NCBI RefSeq assembly: GCF_000006765.1
Contig: NC_002516.2
DNA from: Pseudomonas aeruginosa PAO1
GTDB taxonomy: Bacteria; Pseudomonadota; Gammaproteobacteria; Pseudomonadales; Pseudomonadaceae
Length of the DNA: 64,000 nucleotides
Strand: one strand, 5' to 3'
Of this stretch, positions 30,842 to 42,941 are shown one piece after another (within the stretch, counting starts at the first letter, position 1; each line of letters starts with the position of its first letter). The position numbers were made by a program, and so were the translations under genes. A model generated the notes under the pieces. It ran no database searches, was not told the DNA's origin, and was given only the letters and a program-made list of their open reading frames with translations.

Positions 30842-32071
30842 TCAGGCGAAGAACCAGTAGCACACGGCGATGGAGGCGATGACCCCGGCCAGGTCCGCGG
30901 TCAGCGCGCAGCCCACCGCGTGGCGCGCGCGCTGCAGGCCGACCGAGCCAAAATAGACGGCGAGCACGTAGAAGGTGGTCTCGGTACTGCCCTGCACGGT
31001 GGCGGCGACCAGCGCCGGGAAACTGTCGACGCCGTGGGTCTGCATGGTCTCCAGCAGCATCGCCCGCGCCGCGCTGCCGGAGAACGGCTTGACCAGCGCG
31101 GTGGGCAGCGCTTCGACGAAGCGGCTGTCCCAACCCAGCCCCTCGACCGCCCAGCGTATCCCGCCGAGTACCACTTCCAGCGCCCCGGAGGCGCGCAACA
31201 CGCCAACCGCGCAAAGCATTGCGACCAGGTACGGCAACAGGTTCCTGGCGACGTCGAAACCTTCCTTCGCCCCCTCCACGAAGCTCTCGTAGACCGGCAC
31301 CTTCTTCAGCGCGCCGACGATCAGGAACAGCACGATCAGGCTGAACAGCGTCAGGTTGCCCAGCAGCGAGGACAGCTGCGCCAGCGCGGTGGCCGAGAGC
31401 GTGCCGAGCACCGCCATGAAGCCGGCCAGCAGCAACGCGCCAGGGATCAGGTAGGCCAGCACCACCGGGTCCCACAAGCGCAGGCGCTGCATCAGCGCCA
31501 CCGACAGCAGGCCGGCCAGGGTCGAGGCGCTGGTGGCCAGGAGGATCGGCAGGAATACCAGGGTCGGATCGGCCGCGCCCTGCTGCGCGCGGTACATGAA
31601 GATAGTCACCGGCAGCAGGGTCAGGGACGAGGCGTTGAGCACCAGGAAGAGGATCTGCGCATTGCTCGCGGTGGTGCTGCTGGGATTGAGCTCCTGCAAC
31701 GCCTTCATCGCCTTCAGGCCGATCGGCGTGGCGGCGTTGTCCAGACCCAGGCCATTGGCGGCGAAGTTCAGGGTGATCAGGCCGATCGCCGGATGCCCCG
31801 GCGGCACTTCCGGCATCAGCCGGCGGAACAGCGGACCGAGCAGCACCGCCAGGCGCTCCACCAGCCCGGCCTTCTCGGCGATGCGCAGGAAACCGAGCCA
31901 GAGCGTCAGGGTGCCGAACAGCAGGACCATCACCTCGACCGCCAGCTTGGCCATGGCGAACAGGCTCTCCACCATCGCCGCGAACACCGTCGCATCGCCG
32001 CCGATCAACCAGCGCGCCAGCGCACTCGCCGCCGCCACCAGGAAAAAACCCAACCACAAGCCGTTCAGCAT
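30842..32071 (-). CDS. Nucleoside-recognition (Gate) domain membrane protein, SpmA/SpmB fusion type
   Basis: NFAANGLGLDNAATPIGLKAM, KPFSGS, GSTETTFYVLAVYFG. Confidence 0.85.
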   Translation of the reverse strand: MLNGLWLGFFLVAAASALARWLIGGDATVFAAMVESLFAMAKLAVEVMVLLFGTLTLWLGFLRIAEKAGLVERLAVLLGPLFRRLMPEVPPGHPAIGLITLNFAANGLGLDNAATPIGLKAMKALQELNPSSTTASNAQILFLVLNASSLTLLPVTIFMYRAQQGAADPTLVFLPILLATSASTLAGLLSVALMQRLRLWDPVVLAYLIPGALLLAGFMAVLGTLSATALAQLSSLLGNLTLFSLIVLFLIVGALKKVPVYESFVEGAKEGFDVARNLLPYLVAMLCAVGVLRASGALEVVLGGIRWAVEGLGWDSRFVEALPTALVKPFSGSAARAMLLETMQTHGVDSFPALVAATVQGSTETTFYVLAVYFGSVGLQRARHAVGCALTADLAGVIASIAVCYWFFA

Positions 32072-32175
32072 TCAGAATCCCCCGCGTTGCGCGGATGATA
32101 GCGGCGCAGGCGGTGCCGGCGCCAGAAACGCCGAGGCCCCGGACGATGCCGGGGCCTCCTGGGCGGGAAGCCGCC

Positions 32176-33510
32176 TTATTCGAGGGTGGCCTGCTTGCCC
32201 TTGGCTTCGCCGACCGCCTGCCGCAGGTGCGGCAGCGAATCCCAGTAGCGCTGGCCCTTGGCCGCGTCGTACATGCCTTCCCACTTGGAGATGACCAGCA
32301 CCGCGAGGGCATTGCCGATCACGTTGAGGGCGGTGCGCGCCATGTCCATGATGCGGTCCACGCCGGCGATGAAGGCCAGGCCCTCGAGCGGGATGCCGAC
32401 GCTGCCCAGGGTGGCGAGCAGCACCACGAAGGATACGCCCGGCACGCCGGCGATACCCTTGGAGGTCACCATCAGGGTCAGCACCAGCATGATCTGCTGG
32501 CCGATGGACAGGTCGATGCCGTAAAGCTGCGCGATGAAGATCGCCGCGATGCTCTGGTACAGGGTCGAGCCATCGAGGTTGAAGGAGTAGCCGGTGGGCA
32601 CCACGAAGCTGCTGATCGCCTTCGGCGCGCCGTAGGCTTCCATTTTCTCGATGATGCGCGGCAGCACGGTTTCCGAGCTGGCGGTGGAATAGGCGAGGAC
32701 CAGGTCGTCCTTGAAGATGCGGATCAGGCGCATGATCGAGAAGCCGAACATCCGCGCGATCAGGCCCAGCACCACCAGGGCGAAGAAGACGATGGCCACG
32801 TAGACCAGGATCACCAGCTTGGCCAGCGGCAGCAGCGAGGCGAAGCCGAAGTTGGCGACGGTCACCGCGATCAGGGCGAAGACACCGATAGGGGCGTACT
32901 TCATGATCATGTGGGTGACCTTGAACATGGTCTCGGAAACGCCCTGGAACACCTTCACCAGCGGCTCGCGCAGATCGTTGGGCAGGCTCGACAGGCCGAG
33001 GCCGAACATCACCGAGAAGAAGATGATCGGCAGCATCTCGCCACGGGCGATGGCGGCGAAGACGTTGGAGGGAATCAGGTTGAGGATGGTCGCGATGAAC
33101 GCATGGTCATGCTGCACTTCCTGGGTGGTCTTCTGGTACTGGGAAATGTCCACGGTACCCAGGGTGCTCATGTCGATGCCGGTGCCGGGCTGGAACAGGT
33201 TGGCCAGCAGCAGGCCGACGACGATGGCGACGGTGGTGACGATCTCGAAGTAGATGATGGTCTTCAGGCCGATGCGGCCAAGCTTCTTCGCGTCGCCGAC
33301 GCCGGCGATGCCGACCACCAGCGAGGAAATCACGATCGGCACCACGATCATCTTGATCAGACGGATGAAGATGTCGCCGGCCGGTTGCAGCACGTTGGCG
33401 ATCCACCAGGCCTTTTCGGCGCTGAAATGGTTGAGCACTGCGCCGACGGCGATACCGAGTGCCAGACCGATCACGATCTGCCAGGCGAGGCTTAGCTTGG
33501 CTTTACCCAT
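32176..33510 (-). CDS. gltP: Glutamate/aspartate:H+ symporter
   Basis: DAACS motifs TASSETVLP, GYSFNLDGS, TSKGIAGVPG, DRIMDMARTALN. Confidence 0.95.
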   Translation of the reverse strand: MGKAKLSLAWQIVIGLALGIAVGAVLNHFSAEKAWWIANVLQPAGDIFIRLIKMIVVPIVISSLVVGIAGVGDAKKLGRIGLKTIIYFEIVTTVAIVVGLLLANLFQPGTGIDMSTLGTVDISQYQKTTQEVQHDHAFIATILNLIPSNVFAAIARGEMLPIIFFSVMFGLGLSSLPNDLREPLVKVFQGVSETMFKVTHMIMKYAPIGVFALIAVTVANFGFASLLPLAKLVILVYVAIVFFALVVLGLIARMFGFSIMRLIRIFKDDLVLAYSTASSETVLPRIIEKMEAYGAPKAISSFVVPTGYSFNLDGSTLYQSIAAIFIAQLYGIDLSIGQQIMLVLTLMVTSKGIAGVPGVSFVVLLATLGSVGIPLEGLAFIAGVDRIMDMARTALNVIGNALAVLVISKWEGMYDAAKGQRYWDSLPHLRQAVGEAKGKQATLE

Positions 33511-33842
33511 GTTTCGTCACCCTTAATTCTTGTGGAAGTCGGGAGTCGCTCCAACGGGAGAGTCGCTCCCGACAGGCGAAAGGGCGCAATGATTCATGCG
33601 CTCCCCTACCCCGTCTAATGCCGTAAGTGACTGCCCCATGCCGAATCGGCATGAGAAATCACTAATGAAACGTCCGTCCCACAGGAAATTGCCCTTGATT
33701 TTCGTACAAGAACAGGGAGCGGAAGGCACTCCGTGCAAGGCCCGGGAGCCTCGTGCCCATCCTGGGAAGTTGAAAGTCGCTCATCATCGCTGCGATGCAT
33801 GGTCGCAGGACACGCAAGGCCGTCCGGCACGCCATCGCCGGC

Positions 33843-33869
33843 TGTGGATAAGCGGCATTCTGTGGATAA
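33843..33869. promoter_or_regulatory. Tandem pair of perfect DnaA boxes
   Basis: TGTGGATAA (reverse complement TTATCCACA) at 33843-33851 and 33861-33869. Confidence 0.65.
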
Positions 33870-34222
33870 CCGCGCGGTAAAGCCCTTCTGGGAGGGCGCC
33901 TCGGAACGCGCGGGCGGTCGATTGTAAAACGACTCCGCCATCCACAGGCATTGATCGATATCAGGGAAGTTCGCGGAGTATCGCTGCGGAAGCCGACGCT
34001 CCGCCGGACGGCGGAGCATCGTACCCCTTCTATATATAGAAGCGCGCCGGAAGGCAGCGAGACATCGGTGGCTCCCCTCCGGCGCGTTTTCGCCTGGCCC
34101 GACCCCGAAGGAGGTACTCCCTGTACCCCTGGAACCCGCCGGATCGACCTCACCCAGCGCATCCCGGTCCCCTGGCCATGCCCCGCTGCGGGCGGGGCGG
34201 TGTCACGCAAGCCCGTTCCGCC

Positions 34223-34690
34223 TCAGTACCAGTTCGGATCGGCCTTGAGTTGTTCGTCGAGGATCTTCTGTACCGCCGGTTCCGGCTTGCCCAGCCAGCG
34301 GAAGCTGGCGTGCTTGCTCGGCGACTTGTCCTGCGGCAGCCCTTCGGGCACCTGCACGTAGAGCCCGTAGGCATGACTCTTGTCCCAATCGAAGGCGACC
34401 AGCAGGCGCTGGCCCTTGCAATCGGACTTCTCGCAGAGACCGCCAACCAGATACTTGTCGCCCTGGTCGTCGACGGCATGCATCGGCGTAGCGGTTCCCG
34501 AGAGATTCATCACCCAGTCGGGCAAGCGGCTCTCGTCTTCCACCAGGTTCTGCCAGGCCTTGCGGTATCCGGCATCGGTGCTCTGCAGTTCGTTCAAGCG
34601 GTATTCGCCGTCCCTGTCGGCCGCCACCGCCAGCGAACTGGCGGCGGCACCGAGCAGCAGTGCGTTCATCAGGTTACGCATGAGTCGCAT
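34223..34690 (-). CDS. Ivy-family protein (IvyP2-like), periplasmic
   Basis: AAGGAGA RBS; signal peptide; Ivy-like core LPDWV...CEKSDC. Confidence 0.8.
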   Translation of the reverse strand: MRLMRNLMNALLLGAAASSLAVAADRDGEYRLNELQSTDAGYRKAWQNLVEDESRLPDWVMNLSGTATPMHAVDDQGDKYLVGGLCEKSDCKGQRLLVAFDWDKSHAYGLYVQVPEGLPQDKSPSKHASFRWLGKPEPAVQKILDEQLKADPNWY

Positions 34691-34711
34691 CGCTTTCTCC
34701 TTGGCATCCGG

Positions 34712-34984
<273 letters not shown>

Positions 34985-34988
34985 TCAT

Positions 34989-35005
34989 TGCACGCCGCAT
35001 GCCAG
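34989..35005 (-). promoter_or_regulatory. sigma54 (-24/-12) promoter candidate for the DUF1328-ivy operon
   Basis: Minus strand CTGGCATGCGGCGTGCA; GG and GC are separated by exactly 10 nt. Confidence 0.6.
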
Positions 35006-35032
35006 CCTTTCTGAAAAATAAAAACACTTTTA

Positions 35033-35045
35033 ATTCAATAAGTTA
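35033..35045 (+). promoter_or_regulatory. IHF binding site candidate
   Basis: ATTCAATAAGTTA is one mismatch from WATCAANNNNTTR, with an A-tract upstream. IHF involvement at algB is reported in the literature (recalled). Confidence 0.6.
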
Positions 35046-35272
35046 TAAAACAACCCAGGTAGTCTGCGCAGTTCATCCTGCACGACGCGACAAATTATTC
35101 CGGGCGTTTTGCACGATCGGCGCGGTACGCTGTCACATGCAACAGGGAAGCGACCCGGCACCTGCTACCCGGAGCCATCCGTGGAGCCGCCACGGCTTCC
35201 CGAAAACCCAAGAACAGACATCGGCAGGTTGCACGCCGCCCTGGCCGCCCGGATGGGCGGCGGGGCGCTCTG

Positions 35273-35300
35273 CAACTTGCATGGGCTTTCCGGGGACTAA
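35273..35300 (+). promoter_or_regulatory. sigma22 (AlgU)-like promoter candidate of algB
   Basis: CAACTT-N17-ACTAA against consensus GAACTT-N16/17-TCnnA; degenerate. Confidence 0.4.
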
Positions 35301-35347
35301 CCCAGAAGCCGAATGGCAGTGAATTCCCTAGAGGATAAAAAGCAACG

Positions 35348-36693
<1,346 letters not shown>

Positions 36694-36697
<4 letters not shown>

Positions 36698-38481
36698 GCA
36701 TGCCGCTGCCGATGAAGCTCCGGACCCGGTTGTTCCTCAGCATTTCCGCGCTGATCACCGTCTCGCTGTTCGGCCTGCTGCTCGGGCTGTTCAGCGTGAT
36801 GCAGCTCGGCCGCGCCCAGGAACAACGGATGTCGCACCACTACGCGACCATCGAGGTGAGCCAGCAACTGCGCCAGTTGCTCGGCGACCAGCTGGTCATA
36901 CTGCTCCGCGAAACCCCCGACGGGCAGGCCCTGGAGCGCTCGCAAAACGACTTCCGACGAGTCCTGGAACAGGGCCGGGCGAATACCGTCGACAGCGCCG
37001 AGCAGGCCGCCCTGGATGGCGTCCGCGACGCCTACCTGCAACTGCAGGCGCACACCCCGGCCCTGCTCGAGGCGCCCATGGCCGACAACGACGGCTTCAG
37101 CGAAGCCTTCAATGGCCTGCGCCTGCGTTTGCAGGACCTGCAGCAACTGGCGCTGGCCGGCATCAGCGAAGCCGAGACCAGCGCCCGCCATCGTGCCTAC
37201 CTGGTCGCCGGCCTGCTTGGCCTGGTGGGCGTCGCCATCCTGCTGATCGGTTTCGTCACCGCCCACAGCATCGCCCGGCGCTTCGGCGCGCCGATCGAAA
37301 CCCTGGCGCGGGCGGCGGACAGGATCGGCGAAGGCGATTTCGACGTGACCCTGCCGATGACCAACGTCGCCGAGGTCGGCCAGTTGACCCGGCGTTTCGG
37401 CCTGATGGCCGAGGCCCTGCGGCAGTATCGCAAGACCAGCGTCGAAGAGGTGCTTTCCGGCGAGCGGCGCCTGCAGGCGGTACTCGACAGCATCGACGAC
37501 GGCCTGGTGATCTTCGACAACCAGGGACGCATCGAACACGCCAACCCGGTCGCGATCCGCCAGCTGTTCGTCTCCAACGACCCCCATGGCAAGCGGATCG
37601 ACGAAATACTCAGCGATGTCGATGTCCAGGAGGCGGTGGAAAAGGCCCTGCTCGGCGAAGTCCAGGACGAGGCGATGCCCGACCTGGTGGTGGACGTCGC
37701 CGGCGAGTCGCGCCTGCTGGCCTGGTCGCTGTATCCGGTCACCCATCCCGGCGGGCATAGCGTCGGCGCGGTGCTGGTGGTCCGCGACGTGACCGAGCAG
37801 CGCGCCTTCGAACGGGTCCGCAGCGAATTCGTCCTGCGCGCCTCCCACGAACTGCGTACGCCGGTGACCGGCATGCAGATGGCCTTCAGCCTGCTCCGCG
37901 AACGCCTGGACTTCCCCGCGGAGTCACGGGAAGCGGACCTGATCCAGACGGTGGACGAAGAGATGTCGCGGCTGGTCCTGCTGATCAACGACCTGTTGAA
38001 CTTCTCGCGCTACCAGACCGGCATGCAGAAGCTCGAACTGGCTTCCTGCGACCTCGTCGACCTGCTCACCCAGGCGCAGCAGCGTTTCATTCCCAAGGGC
38101 GAGGCCCGCCGGGTCTCGCTGCAACTGGAGCTGGGCGATGAACTGCCGCGCCTGCAGCTCGATCGCCTGCAGATCGAGCGGGTGATCGACAACCTGCTGG
38201 AAAACGCCCTGCGCCATAGCAGCGAAGGCGGGCAGATCCACCTGCAGGCCCGGCGCCAGGGCGACCGGGTGCTGATCGCGGTGGAAGACAATGGCGAAGG
38301 CATTCCCTTCAGCCAGCAAGGACGGATCTTCGAGCCTTTCGTCCAGGTCGGACGCAAGAAGGGCGGCGCCGGCCTCGGCCTGGCGCTGTGCAAGGAAATC
38401 ATCCAGCTGCATGGCGGGCGCATCGCGGTGCGCTCGCAACCGGGCCAGGGCGCGCGCTTCTACATGCTGCTGCCGGTGTGA
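36694..38481 (+). CDS. kinB: Sensor histidine kinase/phosphatase KinB
   Basis: Two TM, HAMP, PAS, H-box SHELRTP, N/G boxes; overlaps algB. Confidence 0.95.
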
Positions 38482-38515
38482 CCGGGCCCGCTCCCGGCAG
38501 GCTTTTCCACAGGCC

Positions 38516-39295
38516 TCAGGAAGTCGGCACCGCCAGCAGCAGGGCGGCGGTTTCCAGGTCCGGCTCGCCATCGAAGCGGGCCGGACGGTATTTCATCTGG
38601 AAAGCGCCGATGACGTCGCGGGTGTCCTTCTCCAGCTCGCCGGTCTGCGGCACCAGGTAACCGTGCCGCGCCAACTGCTGCTGGAACCAGCGCACATCCG
38701 GCAGCTGGCCGTTCAGTTCGGCGAGCCGGCGCGCCAATTCGCCGGGCTTCGGCCAGGGCACCAGGCCGGCGTCGGCGAGGCGCTTCCAGGGGAACAGCGG
38801 ACCCGGATCGACCTTGCGGCCCGGCGCGATATCGCTGTGTCCGATGATCCGGTCCGGGGTGATGCCGTGGCGCTTGGCGATGTCCTTCAGCAGGGGGATC
38901 AGCGCCTGGATCTGTGCTTCGCTGAACGGATACCAGACCCGCCCCTGGGGTGTATCGCGATAGCCCTGGTTGACGATCTCGATGCCGATCGAGGTGGCGT
39001 TCAGCCAGGTCCGGCCCTGCCATTCACTGACCCCGGCGTGCCAGGCGCGGCGGTTCTCATCCACCAGGCGGTAGACGGTGGCCGGCTCGTCGTCGCCGAT
39101 CAGGTAGTGCGCGCTGACGCCGCCGTGGGTGAGGATGCCCAGCGAATGCGGCAGATCGGTGGAGGTGTAGTGGAGGACGATGAACTGGACGCGGCTGTCC
39201 TGGTTCGCCGAGGTGTAGTCGGTGTTCAGGCGCGGGCCGCTGGAGCAGCCGGCCAGCAGCGACAGGGTGAAAGCCAGTAGAACGAACGAACGCAT
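38516..39295 (-). CDS. ampDh2: N-acetylmuramoyl-L-alanine amidase lipoprotein
   Basis: Lipobox LAGC; VLHYT, SAHYLI, AWHAG, IGIEIVN, GHSDIAPGRKVDPG; C-terminal PG-binding domain. Confidence 0.9.
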   Translation of the reverse strand: MRSFVLLAFTLSLLAGCSSGPRLNTDYTSANQDSRVQFIVLHYTSTDLPHSLGILTHGGVSAHYLIGDDEPATVYRLVDENRRAWHAGVSEWQGRTWLNATSIGIEIVNQGYRDTPQGRVWYPFSEAQIQALIPLLKDIAKRHGITPDRIIGHSDIAPGRKVDPGPLFPWKRLADAGLVPWPKPGELARRLAELNGQLPDVRWFQQQLARHGYLVPQTGELEKDTRDVIGAFQMKYRPARFDGEPDLETAALLLAVPTS

Positions 39296-39324
39296 GATGA
39301 CTCCGAAAAAAATGGGCAGCGCGG

Positions 39325-39918
39325 TCAGGCGGCGATGTGCAACACGCTGCGCAGGTTGTCCAACAGCATATCGACGCTGAGCATGATCAGCAGCATGCCG
39401 GCCAGGCGCTCGATAGCGGTCAGCCCGCGCGGGCCGAGGAAACGCTGGAGGAACGCCGCCTGCAGCAGGATCAGCGCAGTAGCGGCCCAGGCCAGCACCA
39501 CCGCCAGGTAAAGCTCCCACAGCGGACCGTCGAAGGTGGTGCGCAGGGTGATCAGCATCGCCAGCGCCGAGGGCCCGGCCACCGCCGGGGTGGCCAGGGG
39601 TACCAGCAGCGGCTCGCCGTCGGGCACTTCGCCGAGCAGCCCTTGGGGCGACGGGAAGATCAGGCGCATGGCGATCACGAACAGGATGATGCCACCCGCG
39701 ATCCCGGTCGCCTCGCGGGACAGGCCGAGGCCGCTGAGGATGTGCTCGCCGAGGGTGAGGAAGAGCAGCAGCAGGCCCAGGGCGAAGGCCAGCTCGCGAA
39801 ACGCCACGCGCAAGCGGCGCCCGGGGGCGACGCCTTTCAGCGCGGCGAGGAACACGGCGATGTTGCCGAAGGGGTCGGTGACCAGAAAGATCAGGACGGC
39901 GACGCCGAACATATCCAT
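39325..39918 (-). CDS. MarC family membrane protein
   Basis: DPFGNIAVF, PLATPAVAGP, IERLAGMLL. Confidence 0.88.
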   Translation of the reverse strand: MDMFGVAVLIFLVTDPFGNIAVFLAALKGVAPGRRLRVAFRELAFALGLLLLFLTLGEHILSGLGLSREATGIAGGIILFVIAMRLIFPSPQGLLGEVPDGEPLLVPLATPAVAGPSALAMLITLRTTFDGPLWELYLAVVLAWAATALILLQAAFLQRFLGPRGLTAIERLAGMLLIMLSVDMLLDNLRSVLHIAA

Positions 39919-40035
39919 GGGAGTTTCCAGAGCGGGACAGCCGGTCATTCTACCGGGCGGGACCATTCTAGCGAGCCGCGGCAACACCTGCAGGCGAGCC
40001 CGTCCCGAGTCGTCGGAATGTGCGCTGGTCGCCCT

Positions 40036-42051
40036 TCAGGCCACTTCCAGGCGGTCCCGGCCGGCGCGCTTGGCTCGATACAGCGCCTGGTCGGCACGCT
40101 CGAAAACCGCTTCGCCGGCCTCGTTGCCTTCGAACGCGGTGATGCCGGCGGAACAGGTGATGCTCAGGGGCTCGCCCTTGAAATGGAACGGACAGGCGGC
40201 GATCGCCGCGCGCAGCCGTTCGAGCAGTTGCCGGCCGGCTTCCAGGGACGTGGCCGGGAGCAGGACGACGAACTCCTCGCCGCCGAAACGGGCGATGAAA
40301 TCGGCCTGCCGCAACCGTTTGCGCAATTCGCCGGCAATGATCTTCAGCACCTTGTCCCCGGCCAGGTGGCCGAAGTCGTCGTTGATCCGCTTGAAGTGGT
40401 CGATGTCCAGCACCGCCAGCAGCAGATCGCCGCCGTCCCGGTGCCGGCGCGCCACTTCCTGTTCCAGGCGCTCGCTGAGCGCCGCGCGGTTGGGCAGGCC
40501 GGTCAGCGGATCGGTCAGGGCTTTCTGTCGCTGGTCCTCCAGGTGGCTGTGGAACGCCTTGGCATCCTGCTCCATGCTGTTGACCCGCTCCATCAGCGCC
40601 TGCAGGCGGCCGGACACCTCCTGTTCGTGCTCGGCCTGTTCGCGCTGGTGTTCGTCCATGGAGGCAAGCAGGCCGTTCAGCCGGCTGTCCACCGCCAGCT
40701 TGAGGCTGTTCAGGTCGGTCGCCTGCTGCACGCTGGCCTGCAGGCCACTGACCTGCTCACGCAGCGATTGGTCGAAGCCGCGCGCGTTGTCCAGCACGTC
40801 GGTATAGCCGGCGTGGGCGTCGCCCAGGTGGCCGAGGAAGCTTTCCAGGCGCTCGTTGAGTTGCCGCAGGTATTCCTCGAAGTCGCGCTGGCCACTGTCC
40901 GCCAGGGACAGCACCAGCACCGCCAGGTCGTCGAGTACCGGCACCAGCTCATACCAGTTCAGGCTGCCATCGATCCGCTCCCGCAGCGCCTCGGCCTGGG
41001 GCTGGTGGCTGCTCGGCAGGGACAGGCCGTCGAGCAGCCGCAGCAGGCTGGCCTCGATGTGCGGCGCCACCGCGCTGTAGCCGGGCTCCGGTATCGGCGG
41101 CGGCAGTTCGTAGGCCTCGTCTACCGCCTGCCCGTCGAGGTTATCCACAGGAGTGGCCGGAGCTTCGGGCGCGCTTTCAACGTCCGCCGGCATTGCGGGC
41201 GACGGCTCCGCACCCGCTTCTTCCAGCGTCTCGCTAAAGCTCAGGCCGGCCGGTAGCGGCAGGCTGTCGAGCCAGATTTCCCGGGGCTCATCCAGCAGGA
41301 TCTGGTTCGGCTCGCCACGCTCGGCGACCCCGACCCAACCCGCTGGCGCGCTTTCGATGGCGGCGACCGTGCGGGCGGGCAACGGCTGCGGCGGACCGCC
41401 TGGCGCCTCGTCGTGCTCGGCGACCGGCAGGGACGGCGCGGCCGCCGCCGGTTGGATCGGTGTATTGCTTGCCGCCACAACGGACGGCACCGATGCGCTC
41501 GGCTCCGCGGTGGTTTCCGACTCCTTGCCGCCGAACAGGCGTTGCAACAGGCTCGGGCGACCGTCTTCGGCATCGCCGCCCTTGCGCTCGGCCAGCGCCT
41601 GGCGTTGCAGCCTGCTCAGCTCGCTGAGCAGGATCGGAATCTCGCGCGACTGCCGGGCGCGCTCCTCGATATCGCGGGCGAACTGCTTCAGCGGCTTGCG
41701 CAGTTCCCGCGGCAGGTCCAGGGCCAGCAACTGCTGGGCCAGTTCGCCGAGAGCATCGATGTTCTGCTGGGTGCGTTGCTGGCGGCGCTGTTCGGAGTCG
41801 AGCACGGCCTTTTCCAGGCGCGGAATCAGGCCCGACAGGCCGGCGTCCATGTCGTCGCGACGGAGGATCTCGCGCAGCTCCTTCATGCACTGGTCGACCG
41901 CCTTGTCGCTGCCTTCGGCCGCCAGACTGCTACGCACCAGGCCGCGGCGCAGCAGGTCGATCCGGGCATCCCAGCGCCGTTGCAGGCGCTCCTGCTGCTC
42001 GATGTTCTCCAGGTACTTGTCTTTCCAGCGCTGGACGTCGTCGCGACTCAT
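40036..42051 (-). CDS. dgcH: Diguanylate cyclase with coiled-coil N-terminus (PA5487)
   Basis: [34 protein letters not shown]; start MSRDDVQRW overlaps the upstream stop. Confidence 0.9.
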   Translation of the reverse strand: MSRDDVQRWKDKYLENIEQQERLQRRWDARIDLLRRGLVRSSLAAEGSDKAVDQCMKELREILRRDDMDAGLSGLIPRLEKAVLDSEQRRQQRTQQNIDALGELAQQLLALDLPRELRKPLKQFARDIEERARQSREIPILLSELSRLQRQALAERKGGDAEDGRPSLLQRLFGGKESETTAEPSASVPSVVAASNTPIQPAAAAPSLPVAEHDEAPGGPPQPLPARTVAAIESAPAGWVGVAERGEPNQILLDEPREIWLDSLPLPAGLSFSETLEEAGAEPSPAMPADVESAPEAPATPVDNLDGQAVDEAYELPPPIPEPGYSAVAPHIEASLLRLLDGLSLPSSHQPQAEALRERIDGSLNWYELVPVLDDLAVLVLSLADSGQRDFEEYLRQLNERLESFLGHLGDAHAGYTDVLDNARGFDQSLREQVSGLQASVQQATDLNSLKLAVDSRLNGLLASMDEHQREQAEHEQEVSGRLQALMERVNSMEQDAKAFHSHLEDQRQKALTDPLTGLPNRAALSERLEQEVARRHRDGGDLLLAVLDIDHFKRINDDFGHLAGDKVLKIIAGELRKRLRQADFIARFGGEEFVVLLPATSLEAGRQLLERLRAAIAACPFHFKGEPLSITCSAGITAFEGNEAGEAVFERADQALYRAKRAGRDRLEVA

Positions 42052-42926
42052 GGCGGACTCCCGGCATCCCCGCGCACGACCAAGGCCTTGTCGCGCAGGT
42101 TGTCCGGCAGGCGAATCTCCACCGATACCGGCAGATGGTCGGAGATCGGCTGGTCGAGCACGTCGACCCGCTCGAGAGCGAGATCGGAACTGAGCAGGAT
42201 GTGGTCGAGATTGCGCTGCGGCCGCCAGCTGGGAAACGTCGCCTCGACCTGCGGCGCCATCAGGCCGAGGTCGCGCAGGGGCGAGTTTTCCAGAAGATCG
42301 ACGGCATGGGTGTTCATGTCGCCCATCAGCACCTGGTGGCGGTAGTCGCCGATCAGCTCGCGGATATAGGCGAGCTGGCGGGTGCGGGTGCGAGCGCCGA
42401 GAGCGAGATGCATCATCACTACCACCAGCGCGTCGGCGCCTTCGCCAAAACGCACGAAGATCGCGCCGCGCCCCGGCGGACCGGGCAACGGATGATCTTC
42501 CAGCAGGGTCGGCCGCCAGCGGCTGAGCAGGCCGTTGCTGTGCTGGGCGATACGCCCGAGGTTGCGGTTGAGCTGCTGGTACCAGTAGGGGAACGCCCCC
42601 AACTGGGCCAGGTGCTCGACCTGGTTGACGTAGCCGGAACGCAGGCTGCCGCCGTCGGCTTCCTGGAGGGCGACGAGATCGTAGTCGGCGAGCAGTTCGC
42701 CGATCCGCTTCAGGTTGGTCGCCCGCCCCGCGTGGGGCAGCAGGTGCTGCCAACCGCGGGTCAGGTAGTGGCGGTAGCGCTCGGTGCTGATACCGACCTG
42801 GATGTTGAAGCTGAGAAGGCGCAGGCGGCCGTCGTCGGGCAGCTCCCGCGAATCGTCACAGGAGGGGTTCACTCGCGGGTCGCAGCTGCCTGCGACCCGA
42901 GGTTCACGCTGCCAGCGGCGCAACAT
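42048..42926 (-). CDS. Endonuclease/exonuclease/phosphatase (EEP) family protein
   Basis: SFNIQ, VALQEAD, MGDMN, LDHIL, SDHLPV. Start uncertain. Confidence 0.88.
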   Translation of the reverse strand: MLRRWQREPRVAGSCDPRVNPSCDDSRELPDDGRLRLLSFNIQVGISTERYRHYLTRGWQHLLPHAGRATNLKRIGELLADYDLVALQEADGGSLRSGYVNQVEHLAQLGAFPYWYQQLNRNLGRIAQHSNGLLSRWRPTLLEDHPLPGPPGRGAIFVRFGEGADALVVVMMHLALGARTRTRQLAYIRELIGDYRHQVLMGDMNTHAVDLLENSPLRDLGLMAPQVEATFPSWRPQRNLDHILLSSDLALERVDVLDQPISDHLPVSVEIRLPDNLRDKALVVRGDAGSPP

Positions 42927-42941
42927 GCCGAATCACCTTGC

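Noticed and set aside
34027-34042. LexA (SOS) box
   Set aside because: LexA boxes need CTG-N10-CAG. This is CTTC...GAAG, sharing only the TA core.
33511-34222. Small protein-coding genes in the gltP-ivy gap (several 60-180 aa ORFs)
   Set aside because: The ORFs overlap each other on both strands with no clear RBS, family motif or coding-like composition. A real small gene cannot be excluded without ribosome profiling.
42052-42753. 905-aa version of dgcH
   Set aside because: The upstream extension is an alternative frame of the EEP gene. The true start overlaps the EEP stop at 42051.
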